Assembly: GCA_038153405.1 (NCBI GenBank)
Contig: JAYOYH010000007.1
Coordinates: 63,234-127,233, forward strand
Direction: 5' to 3'
Source of the DNA: Gemmatimonadota bacterium
GTDB lineage: Bacteria > Latescibacterota > UBA2968 > UBA8231
DNA length: 64,000 nucleotides
Shown in pieces: positions 1-9,276 of the stretch. Position 1 is the stretch's first letter. The number at the start of each line of letters is the position of its first letter. The notes below the pieces were generated by a model. That model did not search any database. It had not been told where the DNA came from and saw nothing but the letters and a program-made list of their open reading frames with translations. The position numbers and the translations under genes are program-made.

Positions 1-395
1 AGATTGAGATAGGTTAGGGCAAAATCAGGTCGCAGCCCGCGTATGCGTTCCAATGCGGCAATGGCAAGCGCATAGCGCCCTTCAGAGGCGTGCGCTGTAG
101 CCATGATATTGAGAAGGTCAACGGAGGTCGAATCGATCGCCAACCCCGCTTGGCAAGCGCTTACCGCTTCGAGATACTGCCCGTTGACCATGTGCTCCTG
201 CGCGCGCTGCAGGTGGTTTATAGAGGATTGACTTGGGGGCAGGGGGACCGGGGCGGTTTGCTCCGTCTGCTGGGGGGCGTCGTCGCAGGAGCAGTAGGCG
301 ATGGCCAGCAGTAGGAAGATGGTCCACTGCAGAGGCGTACGGGTCCGTTGGGGTGGTCGGCGCAATAGGGCGTGCAGTGCGTTGGCGTTGGGCAA
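1..395 (-). CDS. TPR-repeat (lipo)protein, 5' part only (runs off window edge)
   Basis: Not in ORF track. Manual translation from TTG at 395 gives an open frame to the edge: ...WTIFLLLAIAYCSCDD...HMVNGQYLEAVSACQAGLAIDSTSVDLLNIMATAHASEGRYALAIAALERIRGLRPDFALTYLN, i.e. a hydrophobic signal with Cys followed by TPR-like helices. Start codon uncertain. Confidence 0.75.
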   Translation of the reverse strand, partial: MPNANALHALLRRPPQRTRTPLQWTIFLLLAIAYCSCDDAPQQTEQTAPVPLPPSQSSINHLQRAQEHMVNGQYLEAVSACQAGLAIDSTSVDLLNIMATAHASEGRYALAIAALERIRGLRPDFALTYLN

Positions 396-526
396 AAGAA
401 GAAAACCGTGGTTCTTTTATCGTAGACGGAATGCGTACGGAGTCGGATCAGCCAAGCAATATAAGCTATTTTGGAGTGTATATTGAACTGCAAGGGTAGA
501 AAAGTGCGTGGAGAATCAACTTTCTC

Positions 527-1795
527 ATGAGCGCAAAACAAAGAAAACTTGAACAGCACCAGCGCGATCAGCGCCAGCGTCGGCGGTGGATGGCCATCGG
601 CTTACTCGCGGCGATTGGCCTGGGAGCCGGCTACTGGCAGTGGCAGCGCACCGTCGATGAGCGCGAGGCTGCCGAGGCGTTGCGCCGCGGAGATCAGCTT
701 ATGGCGCAGGGAAGTGTGCTACAAGCCATTGCCGTCTACCGACGGGCTGTGGAAAGGGCACCCGAACGAGCAGATGGCTGGGTGAAAATTGCGTCGGCGC
801 ATGCGGCCGCCGAGCGCTTTGCAGAGGCAGCGCCGCTGTACGAGCGGGCGCTGGATCGGGATCCGGCCCATTTTGAAGCGCGCATTGGTCTGGCCATAAG
901 CCGAGAGCGGCTCGGTGAGTTCTTGGTAGCGGAAGCGCATTACAAAGCAGCCATTGGGCTTCGGCCGACCTTTGCCGAGATCTACTACAACCTCGGTTAT
1001 CTGTATCAGCAGCAGCGCTTGTATCAAAACGCAGCGCTCCAATATGAGAAAGCCCTCGAGCTAAAGCCAAAGTTTATTGGCGCATTGGCCAATTTGGGAT
1101 GGGTCTGGGACCGACTACACGATCCAGGTAAGGCCGTGGATATATATAAGAGGGCGTTGGCCCTAAAGCCAGATGAGGTGCCCATATACGTGCGGCTAGG
1201 GGCCAGCTATATGAGTATGAGCCAGTATGAGGAAGCAAGGACGGCCTATGAGAAGGCGCTGAGCTTGGGCGACGAGCGCCCTTCCGTTCTGCATGATTTG
1301 GGCGTTATCAATGAACAGGGGGGGCAACTTGAAGAAGCGCGCGTCTATTTTCGCCGGGCTTTGCAGCAGCAGCCGAGGGCCAGTGAAACGCATTTTCACC
1401 TGGCCGGCGTGTTGGATCAGCTAGGGGATCGGGTGGGAGCCGAGGTGCATTTTCGCCGGTCTATTGAGTTAGATCCGGATAATGCGGGCGCACATTATGG
1501 TCTAGCGCAGCTCTATTTTGCGGTTGGGCGCGGCCAAGAAGGACAGGCATTGTTGAAGATCTTTGCCCTGCTGAAGGAGTATCAAGGGCGACTGGTCCCG
1601 TTGAAGCGCGCCGTGGAACAGGCACCGCGCGATGCACAGGCCGCATACGACTTGGCCCAGTTACATATAGAATACGGCCGAGTGCAAAAAGGCGCCGCTA
1701 TCCTGCAGCGCATTCTCGAGTTGAATCCCGATTTTACAGAAGCGCAAAAACGCCTTGGAGAAATCGCGGAGCCATCGAAGGCCGATAGGCTCTAA
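527..1795 (+). CDS. Membrane-anchored TPR-repeat protein (422 aa)
   Basis: Basic N-terminus, TM helix (WMAIGLLAAIGLGAGYW), then many 34-aa TPR units (e.g. AEIYYNLGYLYQQQRLYQNAALQYEKALELKP). Confidence 0.9.
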   Translation: MSAKQRKLEQHQRDQRQRRRWMAIGLLAAIGLGAGYWQWQRTVDEREAAEALRRGDQLMAQGSVLQAIAVYRRAVERAPERADGWVKIASAHAAAERFAEAAPLYERALDRDPAHFEARIGLAISRERLGEFLVAEAHYKAAIGLRPTFAEIYYNLGYLYQQQRLYQNAALQYEKALELKPKFIGALANLGWVWDRLHDPGKAVDIYKRALALKPDEVPIYVRLGASYMSMSQYEEARTAYEKALSLGDERPSVLHDLGVINEQGGQLEEARVYFRRALQQQPRASETHFHLAGVLDQLGDRVGAEVHFRRSIELDPDNAGAHYGLAQLYFAVGRGQEGQALLKIFALLKEYQGRLVPLKRAVEQAPRDAQAAYDLAQLHIEYGRVQKGAAILQRILELNPDFTEAQKRLGEIAEPSKADRL

Positions 1796-3519
1796 GGCTG
1801 GATCGTATAGGGGTTGGAACGCAGGTTAATCGCGCTGTGCGAGCCACCCTGATGCACGACGAGGAGTTGATTAGCCGCTAGGTCGAGCAGGCGCTGGTTC
1901 GTTCCGTTAGGCCAGGTAATATCGACAGCGTCAATGCGTTCGGCCGCGCCGAGGCCAAATTGGGCGCGCAGGTCGCTGTGCGATAGATAGCTTCCAGCGC
2001 CGTTAATGCGCCGGCGCTGGCGTACGTCCCCGCTGGTAACCTCGATCAGCGCGCCGACTCCGTCGCGGCTGTCCGCACGGCCGATAAGCTGCACGTACAG
2101 CCAATTTTGCCGGTTGCCACCCTCGTTGCGCATCAGCACGGCGCGATCGTTTAAGTTGACGACTAAAATGTCGAAGTCGCCGTCATTGTCATAGTCGCCA
2201 AAGGCCGCCCCTCTGCTGACCTGTTCAAGTGCGAGCGCGCGTGCGGCTTCTACTTGCTTAAAGCGCCCGTTTCCGACGTTGGAAAAAAGTTGGTTGGGTT
2301 GCCTGTAGCGCGATCCCGTATCGATGCGGTCGACCTGAGGGTATACGTGGCCGTTGGCCACGAACACGTCCAATAGCCCATCGTTGTCAAAATCGAAAAA
2401 GCGCGTCCCCCAGCCCATTAAATCAATGGTGGGTCCGGCTAGGCCTGCCGTCGTCGTCACATCGGTAAAGCGCAGGCCGCCTTCGTTGCGGTATAGCGTA
2501 TTGGTTTCGCTAAAGAAATGGGTGACGTAGACGTCGGGATCGCCGTCGTTGTCGTAATCGGCAAAGTCGACGCCCATGCCCGCCTCGGTGTCCCCATCGG
2601 CATTGTAAGCGACGCCAGCCATTAACGCGACGTCTTCAAACGTGCCGTCTCCGCGATTGTGGAAGAGGACGTTGGGCGTTTCGTCGTTGGCGACAAAGAG
2701 ATCCAATAGCCCATCGCCATTGTAGTCTTCGGGCACGACTCCGAGGCCGTAATAGCGGTTGGCGCGTCCGATGCCGGAGGCCTCCGTGACGTCGGTAAAG
2801 ACGCCGTTGCCCTCGTTGCGGTAGAGTACGTCTGGCGCGCCGACCAATCCTTTGGGGCCGCAGTAGACCTGCAGGCCGCCGTAAAAGGTGCAGAGCTGGG
2901 GGTCAGCAGGGCGATTTTCGGCGTCAAAAACGACGTAGTTAGTGACGTAGAGGTCGAGGTCGCCGTCGTTATCGTAGTCGAAGAACGCCGAACTGGCACT
3001 GAAGTCATCGCCCGCAGTGCCGGCTGCCTGCGTGCCATCGACAAAGGTACCCCTGCCTTCGTTGAGGTAGAGCATATTGGCGCCAAAGTTGGTGACGTAG
3101 AGGTCGCGATCGCCATCGTTGTCGACGTCGCCGACGGCAATGCCCGTACCCCAACCGGCGTGGTCTGCACCGGAAGCGGCGCTGTGGTCGGCGTAGTGCC
3201 CCTCGCCGTCGTTGAGGTAAAACTGATTGCCCGGCCCCGACTGATCTAAATAGGTTGAAAAGGTCGCTCCGTTGGGGAGATACAGATCTAAGTCCCCGTC
3301 GTTATCTGCATCGAAAAAGGCCGCACCGTTGCCGTGCGCTTCCAGCACGTAGCGCTTGTCGAGGTCGCCGCAGACATTGTCATAAGCAATGCCAGCGGCC
3401 TGTGTTTGGTCGCTAAAGTGCACCTGTGCCGACAGCGCTAGAGGGGCGAGGGCAAAGCCATGCCCGAGAATAATCGACTTGATCAATTTCGACTTCGTAC
3501 GAATGCGTGATGGCCTCAT
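1792..3519 (-). CDS. CRTAC1-like protein: FG-GAP/VCBS repeats + ASPIC/UnbV C-terminal domain
   Basis: Signal peptide, repeated DxDNDGDxDLYVxN motifs, LYRNEG motifs, C-terminal GxGYLS...FGLG...ITWPNG. Confidence 0.9.
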   Translation of the reverse strand: MRPSRIRTKSKLIKSIILGHGFALAPLALSAQVHFSDQTQAAGIAYDNVCGDLDKRYVLEAHGNGAAFFDADNDGDLDLYLPNGATFSTYLDQSGPGNQFYLNDGEGHYADHSAASGADHAGWGTGIAVGDVDNDGDRDLYVTNFGANMLYLNEGRGTFVDGTQAAGTAGDDFSASSAFFDYDNDGDLDLYVTNYVVFDAENRPADPQLCTFYGGLQVYCGPKGLVGAPDVLYRNEGNGVFTDVTEASGIGRANRYYGLGVVPEDYNGDGLLDLFVANDETPNVLFHNRGDGTFEDVALMAGVAYNADGDTEAGMGVDFADYDNDGDPDVYVTHFFSETNTLYRNEGGLRFTDVTTTAGLAGPTIDLMGWGTRFFDFDNDGLLDVFVANGHVYPQVDRIDTGSRYRQPNQLFSNVGNGRFKQVEAARALALEQVSRGAAFGDYDNDGDFDILVVNLNDRAVLMRNEGGNRQNWLYVQLIGRADSRDGVGALIEVTSGDVRQRRRINGAGSYLSHSDLRAQFGLGAAERIDAVDITWPNGTNQRLLDLAANQLLVVHQGGSHSAINLRSNPYTIQP

Positions 3520-3523
3520 GAAC

Positions 3524-5827
3524 CTATTCTGTTTCGGTGAAGTGCAGCACTTGGTTGGTCTGTAAGGGACCGTGCCGCTCGCTCTGTCCAGAGGGCCAGT
3601 AGATATGCAGGCTATCTACGATCTCTTGCTGACCGAGACCGAATTCGAGCGCAAAGCTGCTGGTCGAGCCAAAGCCACCGCCGCTCTGGATTTCGGCGCG
3701 GAGCGCGCGTCTGCCGCTATAGACAACGGCCTGGGCGCCGATGGCGGAAGTGTTGGGGGGGCGTCCCTCTATATCGACGCTGAGCCACCGGTTGGAAGTT
3801 CCTTCGTTGCGGTAGAGGCTGTTGGGCCACAGGTCGCCGGGATAGTGGCCGCCGAGCCCCACGTAGAAGTCTACATCGCCGTCGCCGTCGTAGTCGGCAA
3901 AGGCGACGCCGTGGCCCTTACCTTGATTGTCGACGCCGGCATCGCTGGCCACGTCCACATAGCTACCGTCGCGGGCGATAAAAAGCGCATTCGGCTCAAA
4001 GCGCGCCATAATAGGGCCGCCATTGGCCAGGTATATATCGATTTGCCCATCGCCGTCTAGGTCGCTGTAGCCGGCCCCCATCGAGCCAAATGCGCGCGCT
4101 AGGCCGGCGTCGGGTGCCCGTTCGTGAAAGCGATCGTTGCCGTCGTTGCGGTAGAGGTGTGCGCGACTGCGGTAGATGCCTGCGTCGCTCGTGGCCGAGG
4201 CCACAAAGTCCTCGTAATAGGCCATCGCCGAAACGAAAATATCTAGGTCGCCGTCGCTGTCGCTATCAAAAAAGAGGGGGACATAGCTGCCGTTGACCGG
4301 CGCGCTGACGCCGGCCTTTTCTGCCATATCGGCAAAGCGACCGCCGTCGTTGCGGAAGAGGCGATTGGCACCGGCGACATTGGCCACGTAAAGATCGAGA
4401 TCGCCGTCGCCGTCGTAGTCGCCAAAGGCCACGCCCAAGGATTTGCCCACATCGTCTATGCCAAAAGGCGCTGCGCGCTCGCGGAACCTCCCGCTTCCGC
4501 TGTTGATATACAATTTGTTGGGTGCCCCGCTGCCGGTTACGCCGTCGGCCACGTAGAGGTCTAGCCAGCCGTCGCCGTCGACGTCGCCCCAGGCGGCGGT
4601 AAAGCTATCGTCTCCGTCTTCGGTGCCCGCTGTCGCCGCGATATCGGCAAAGCGCGCGTAGCCGTCGTTTTGGTAGAGGGAGTTGACCTCGGCACCTTCC
4701 CACGCGTCGCGCGTCACGTAGAGGTCGCTATCGCCGTCGCCGTCAAAATCGGCAGCAATGGCGGCCCAGCCCCCGATGTGTTTATCCAGTTCAGATCGCT
4801 CCGATGCGGGTGCAAAGCGTCCGTTGTCCTGTATAAACAGCCCGTGAGGTGTGGATATCCCGACGGTGAAAAGGTCGAGATGGTCGTCGCCGTCCAAGTC
4901 GGCCCACGCTACGCCGCGGCCGCGGTCGGTTTTGTCGACCCGGTTTTCTGGCGCCACGTCGGTAAAATGCACCGGAGACGGCTGCTGCCCGTGTGCAGGT
5001 GAAATGACGTAGGCGGATGGCAGATTGCCCGGATAGGTAGCGTGTGCTGCTAGGTAGGCCAGGCGCAGGTTCCAGAGGCGCACCGGCCGCTGCGGAGAAG
5101 CGGAGGGCAGAACGTCGATTGCGCGCTTATAGGCTTCGATGGCGCCGATAAAATCGCGCTGCCAGTGTCGTGCCGTGGCCAGTAAAAAGGGCAGATGCAA
5201 ATCGTCGGGGGCCTTTTGCAGGAGATCTTCAAAATCGCGCTCGGCGCGTTCAAACTGTCCCAATCGCAGGCGCGAAGCAGCGGCCCCGGCCTTGGCCTTG
5301 ACCATTTCGGGATCCACTTTCAGAATGGCCTCATACTGCTCTAAGGCTCCCTCTGGACTGGGGGGTGCATCCGTCATTAACACATCGGCATAGGCCATGC
5401 AGGCCGGCGTAAAGGTTGGAAAGCGCTCGACGATGAGCTTGAGCAGTTTGCGCGCCTCGCCGTCGCGTCGCATCATGCGGTATACCTGTGCCAGTTGAAA
5501 GGGCGCGTCAACGCGCAGAGTATCCAGCCGTATGGCGCGCTGAAGAATGGGGATGGCTTGTTCTAACTGGCGCTTGCGCATACTGATTTCGGCTAGGCCG
5601 AGCAGGGCCGTATACTCCGTCGAGTCGCGCAGGACGATTTGGCCAAAGAGCACACGCGCTGAATCGAGCTGGGAACGGGCTACGAGCTGCATGGCCCGTT
5701 CATAGAGCGCGGGGATGTGCTCTTTAGATGGAGGTTCCGGTTCGGGTACAGGATCACAGCTAACCACTGCGATCGCTGCTACAACAACGAATAGGGCCGA
5801 ACGGGCAATGCGCATACGGGCAGTCAT
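3524..5827 (-). CDS. Lipoprotein with TPR repeats + FG-GAP repeats + ASPIC/UnbV domain
   Basis: Start moved from 5983 to ATG 5827, which overlaps the upstream stop as ATGA. Lipobox-like AVVSC, TPR helices, repeated DxDGDGDxDLY, C-terminal GGGFGS...FGLG...IYWPSG. Confidence 0.88.
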   Translation of the reverse strand: MTARMRIARSALFVVVAAIAVVSCDPVPEPEPPSKEHIPALYERAMQLVARSQLDSARVLFGQIVLRDSTEYTALLGLAEISMRKRQLEQAIPILQRAIRLDTLRVDAPFQLAQVYRMMRRDGEARKLLKLIVERFPTFTPACMAYADVLMTDAPPSPEGALEQYEAILKVDPEMVKAKAGAAASRLRLGQFERAERDFEDLLQKAPDDLHLPFLLATARHWQRDFIGAIEAYKRAIDVLPSASPQRPVRLWNLRLAYLAAHATYPGNLPSAYVISPAHGQQPSPVHFTDVAPENRVDKTDRGRGVAWADLDGDDHLDLFTVGISTPHGLFIQDNGRFAPASERSELDKHIGGWAAIAADFDGDGDSDLYVTRDAWEGAEVNSLYQNDGYARFADIAATAGTEDGDDSFTAAWGDVDGDGWLDLYVADGVTGSGAPNKLYINSGSGRFRERAAPFGIDDVGKSLGVAFGDYDGDGDLDLYVANVAGANRLFRNDGGRFADMAEKAGVSAPVNGSYVPLFFDSDSDGDLDIFVSAMAYYEDFVASATSDAGIYRSRAHLYRNDGNDRFHERAPDAGLARAFGSMGAGYSDLDGDGQIDIYLANGGPIMARFEPNALFIARDGSYVDVASDAGVDNQGKGHGVAFADYDGDGDVDFYVGLGGHYPGDLWPNSLYRNEGTSNRWLSVDIEGRPPNTSAIGAQAVVYSGRRALRAEIQSGGGFGSTSSFALEFGLGQQEIVDSLHIYWPSGQSERHGPLQTNQVLHFTETE

Positions 5828-6642
5828 TCGATAACGTAGTCGATGCCCGTCAGTTCCTGCAGCGCTTTGCGAGCGGCTTCGGCATCGGGGCCTTGGCGCT
5901 GTTTCAATAAGTCCAGCAGCGCCTCTGCTGAGGCCGTATCCCCCCGAGCAGAAATTCCACGCACCGCTTCCAAACGGACCCACTCGCTGGGGTCTTGCAG
6001 CGCCGCGCGAAGCAGGGGCAGTGCGTCATCGATGGGGCGAATGGCCGCTATTTGGGTGGCGATATAGCGGACCTTTTCGTCGGGGTCGCGCATGGAGCGC
6101 AATACGGCCGGCGCGGCACTCGGCGACCAGATTTTATTGATGGCGGCCAGGGCGCTCTGGCGCACGATGGCGATACTATCGCCAAGCGCTAGCTGGAGCA
6201 CGTGCGTAGCCGATGTGTCGCGGAAGCCGGGTAGGCCCTCCGCTGCGGCGGCGCGCAGATCGGCGTGGGGCGAAGAGAGTAGGAACTGTCGCACGGTATC
6301 GAGGAGAGCCGGCACGTGGATCTTCGACAGCGCGAGGACGGCTTCTTTGGCAATGTGCGTATTGGGGTCGTGGGCGAGTGCGCGCAGCGCGTTTTCGGCG
6401 CGGGGGGAGCCTATCCGGCCGAGGACCTGAGCGCCTATATAGCGCAGGGTATCCGAGCCGCTGTCCATGGCTGCGATGAGCGGTTCAACGGCCGTGCTGC
6501 CTTGGTCGACGAGGCGATAGGCCGCTTTGCGTCGCACCGCCGACGAGGCATCGGCTAAATCGCTTACGAGCTGGTCGGTGCTGTGTTGCTCACAGCCCAG
6601 ACAGCAGAGCAGAGCGATGACTAAGTATCGAGGGAACGGCAT
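5824..6642 (-). CDS. HEAT (PBS-lyase-type) repeat lipoprotein
   Basis: Signal ending CLGC; repeats such as VRRKAAYRL, LRYIGAQVLGRIG, VRLEAVRGI. Confidence 0.85.
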   Translation of the reverse strand: MPFPRYLVIALLCCLGCEQHSTDQLVSDLADASSAVRRKAAYRLVDQGSTAVEPLIAAMDSGSDTLRYIGAQVLGRIGSPRAENALRALAHDPNTHIAKEAVLALSKIHVPALLDTVRQFLLSSPHADLRAAAAEGLPGFRDTSATHVLQLALGDSIAIVRQSALAAINKIWSPSAAPAVLRSMRDPDEKVRYIATQIAAIRPIDDALPLLRAALQDPSEWVRLEAVRGISARGDTASAEALLDLLKQRQGPDAEAARKALQELTGIDYVIE

Positions 6643-6660
6643 GGCGGGAAATGGGGGATT

Positions 6661-6698
6661 GCACTGTTCCGAGGGGAAGATACCTCTCGGAACAGCGC
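6661..6698. repeat. Intergenic inverted repeat (16-bp imperfect stem, 6-nt loop)
   Basis: GCACTGTTCCGAGGGG-AAGATA-CCTCTCGGAACAGCGC, between the DUF4159-like and HEAT genes; no adjacent U-tract. Confidence 0.7.
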
Positions 6699-6738
6699 GT
6701 TGTATTTAAGCAGTGAGAAAATGGATCGCAGTGCGGTC

Positions 6739-7920
6739 TCAGTTGACCATCTGCATAAGGCGCTGCGTCATGGAGCCTTCCTGAGTCAGCGCGTAGACGA
6801 TGACGTTGATCGCCATTTGCATCTGGCGCAGCTTATCCTGCCCTTCAACGGATTCCGTATACCCCAGGCCGAGGCTGAAATCGATTCCTACGAGGCGCCC
6901 CTTTATAAAGTGTCCCGTGGTATATTGCCAAGCATTTTGGTTCTTGTTGGAACTGGTTCCGCGCGTCGAAGTAGGCGCTCCCCCTTTGAAATCGAAATAG
7001 GAGCTGAAGACCGGGTGGTCGTCTGGGAGGCGCTCAGACCAGAAATCGCGGCCCTCTACCAAACCGCCGTACTTTTCGAGGCCCTCTTTAACAAAACCGA
7101 TGCCGCCAAAAATAAATCCGCCGGACAGCAGATAGCGGGTCATCTGCTCCAATTCGCTCTCGTTGGGTGCACCTGCGGGCAGGATAATGGGTATTTCCAA
7201 TAGGCGATCGTCGTCGTAGGTGATGCTGCCGATGAAATCGGCGCTGATGCCCGTATACTCGTTCAGGCCGTTAACTAAAAAGCGCAGATTATTGGTCGAT
7301 CCGGTCGCCGTGCCCGAAGCCAGTGCGGCAGCAGATATTACGCGGGCAAAGTTGATGAACCCTTTAATGGCCTGCGGATCGCCCTGTTCCTGCACGAGCA
7401 TGGCGCGGTAGCGTCCGGTGTCCATGCTATTGACGTCGAGCATTTCAAGCGCCATATCGATTTTATTGTCCGGTTGGCGCGTGCCCGTAATGTCTACGGC
7501 GGTCATGGAAGGCTCCAGGGCAACCGTCCCCAAATCCACGGAGCGGGCCACCATCATCGATGGGCTTGCAGTCATGTTGAGTGCGGAAATGGTGCTAAAA
7601 CTGGCCGTGGCCTTCACCTGGTCCATCCGCGCGCGCGTGGCTACGGTCTGGCGCTGGATCATTTGCCGTTTGGGTTTGGGGATCTTGCGCAGTTCAAGTG
7701 GCTTGGTCAGCCGCGGTTCGCGCTTTATGAACTTGGTCGTCAGCGGCCTTGGAGCCGTCTCAACCGTCTCTTCCAGGGGATCGATGATCGCCGCGCAAAG
7801 GTGGATGAGCACGGCGAGTATCAGCGATAATAGGAGATACTTATGGAGCTCTTTGAGAAGAATCTCAGGATGGAACGATCGGGCGGGTGAAACAAAGCGC
7901 CGCGCAATGCCTGAACTCAT
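6739..7920 (-). CDS. Membrane-anchored protein with TonB-like N-terminal architecture and DUF4159-like C-terminal domain
   Basis: One TM (SLILAVLIHLCAAII), K/P/R-rich linker (KREPRLTKPLELRKIPKPKR), C-terminal YLLSGGFIF...LPDDHPVFSSYFDF...AINVIVYALT typical of DUF4159. ATGA-coupled to the upstream gene. Confidence 0.75.
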   Translation of the reverse strand: MSSGIARRFVSPARSFHPEILLKELHKYLLLSLILAVLIHLCAAIIDPLEETVETAPRPLTTKFIKREPRLTKPLELRKIPKPKRQMIQRQTVATRARMDQVKATASFSTISALNMTASPSMMVARSVDLGTVALEPSMTAVDITGTRQPDNKIDMALEMLDVNSMDTGRYRAMLVQEQGDPQAIKGFINFARVISAAALASGTATGSTNNLRFLVNGLNEYTGISADFIGSITYDDDRLLEIPIILPAGAPNESELEQMTRYLLSGGFIFGGIGFVKEGLEKYGGLVEGRDFWSERLPDDHPVFSSYFDFKGGAPTSTRGTSSNKNQNAWQYTTGHFIKGRLVGIDFSLGLGYTESVEGQDKLRQMQMAINVIVYALTQEGSMTQRLMQMVN

Positions 7921-8960
7921 TGTAAAACCCTTTTCTCGTAGTGAACGGGCCGCTGCTTTGAAAAGACGAGATCGCCGATGCCCAGTGTCTGACCGCGTTT
8001 ACGCACAGCGCGCTCCAACTTGTGGAGTCGCACCGTTGCCGAAGTGGGACCGACGGCTACTACTTTTACTCGGCCCAGCTTCATCTGCCTGTTTTCTCGC
8101 TGGAACACATCGAGCTGCATCCCTTCAATAATGCCATGATTAGCCCCTCTGTCAATGCGATACTGAGGTCGGTTGTCTTCATCGGTCGCTAGGATGGTGG
8201 AGATCGTTCCCCACAGGGGCAGGTGTGCGTCAATTTGGGGCAGGAGATCGCGTATCATGCAATCGATGAGATGGCCGCCGATGGCCGCATCGTTTTCGAG
8301 TGGGGATAGATACCAGCGGTCAGCGGAATTCAGCATGCGCAGGGAGGGTGGGTTTTTAAAGCGCTGACGCATAATCGGTGCTACGTAATCGCGTATGACC
8401 TCGGGGTGGGTATAGCCCGGATATTTGTCGGGATTGTAAACAAATCGGTTGTCGTGCTGCAGCATGATAGTGCTATCCTGTAAAGCGGACCAGACGATTT
8501 TATCGCGCTGGGTTTCTATCAGTCTAACTTCGATCGCCGCGCTCAGTGCGGGAAGAGCGGCTACTTCTCTGGGCTGAGAGTCGGCGGAACCGGAAAGCGT
8601 GGCTGCACTCGGCTCTGTGTAATACAGTGTGCGGTTGCGGTACAGCCTATCGATGCGCCGCAGCACGAAGTGTAAAACAAAGTCGATGCCTTCCTCCGCT
8701 TGAAATACGCTTCGTCCCCGCTGATCTAACTGTGCCGCTCGCGAGACCAGCCTGCAGCGGGGAAGGGTACCCAAGCCCCGCATTACGCCTTTTTGGGCCC
8801 GATAGCTTGCCGACTCGTATAGCGAATCGAGATGATCCCATCGCTTATCGGCGTCGGTCTCGTCGCTGAATGCGATGGCAACATTTAGGTGGGGTCTGGC
8901 CTGTAGGGCAGAGGGAGCAATTAGACCGAGGAGGATGCTCCACGCGCTCCACCGTATCAT
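7917..8960 (-). CDS. Exported protein with FlgT C-terminal-like beta domain
   Basis: Start placed at ATG 8960 (AGAGG RBS; signal MIRWSAWSILLGLIAPSALQA). C-terminal IDRGANHGIIEGMQLDVF...GRVKVVAVGPTSATVRL resembles FlgT_C. Confidence 0.6.
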   Translation of the reverse strand: MIRWSAWSILLGLIAPSALQARPHLNVAIAFSDETDADKRWDHLDSLYESASYRAQKGVMRGLGTLPRCRLVSRAAQLDQRGRSVFQAEEGIDFVLHFVLRRIDRLYRNRTLYYTEPSAATLSGSADSQPREVAALPALSAAIEVRLIETQRDKIVWSALQDSTIMLQHDNRFVYNPDKYPGYTHPEVIRDYVAPIMRQRFKNPPSLRMLNSADRWYLSPLENDAAIGGHLIDCMIRDLLPQIDAHLPLWGTISTILATDEDNRPQYRIDRGANHGIIEGMQLDVFQRENRQMKLGRVKVVAVGPTSATVRLHKLERAVRKRGQTLGIGDLVFSKQRPVHYEKRVLQ

Positions 8961-9147
8961 GAGCCTCTTTTCGTAGTCTATATTGAGCGCCAAATTGTGC
9001 GTAAAAATACATCTGCCTTAAGGCAATAACAATAATTATTTTTTTAGTTGTATGGGATTTTAAGATATAGACAACTATAGCCAAACACAGGCAATGCAAT
9101 GCGTTTATGAATTTGTTAAGAATTTTGAAAAAGGGGGCGATATGATC

Positions 9148-9176
9148 TTGACTTTGGTTGCACTGCCAATTATCTT
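9148..9176 (+). promoter_or_regulatory. Putative sigma70 promoter of the 27-kb envelope operon
   Basis: TTGACT (9148-9153), 17 bp spacer, TATCTT (9171-9176), inside a markedly AT-rich divergent intergenic region (~8990-9210). Confidence 0.6.
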
Positions 9177-9276
9177 GGCCAATCAAGTAGACATTTTTTT
9201 ACGCTCAATACCTAGGCTCTAATCGCGCAGCGTGCGCGGGGATGACCTAAGGTGTTTTTCTTCAAGGAGAAGAAGT

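Noticed and set aside
1792..4990. Recurrent GTCGCCGTCG-like DNA repeats as a possible CRISPR or tandem array
   Set aside because: They encode the FG-GAP DxDGDGD protein repeats; no constant repeat-spacer period and no cas genes.
5828..5983. N-terminal extension of the 819-aa ORF
   Set aside because: Overlaps the HEAT gene; ATG 5827 gives ATGA coupling and a proper lipoprotein signal.
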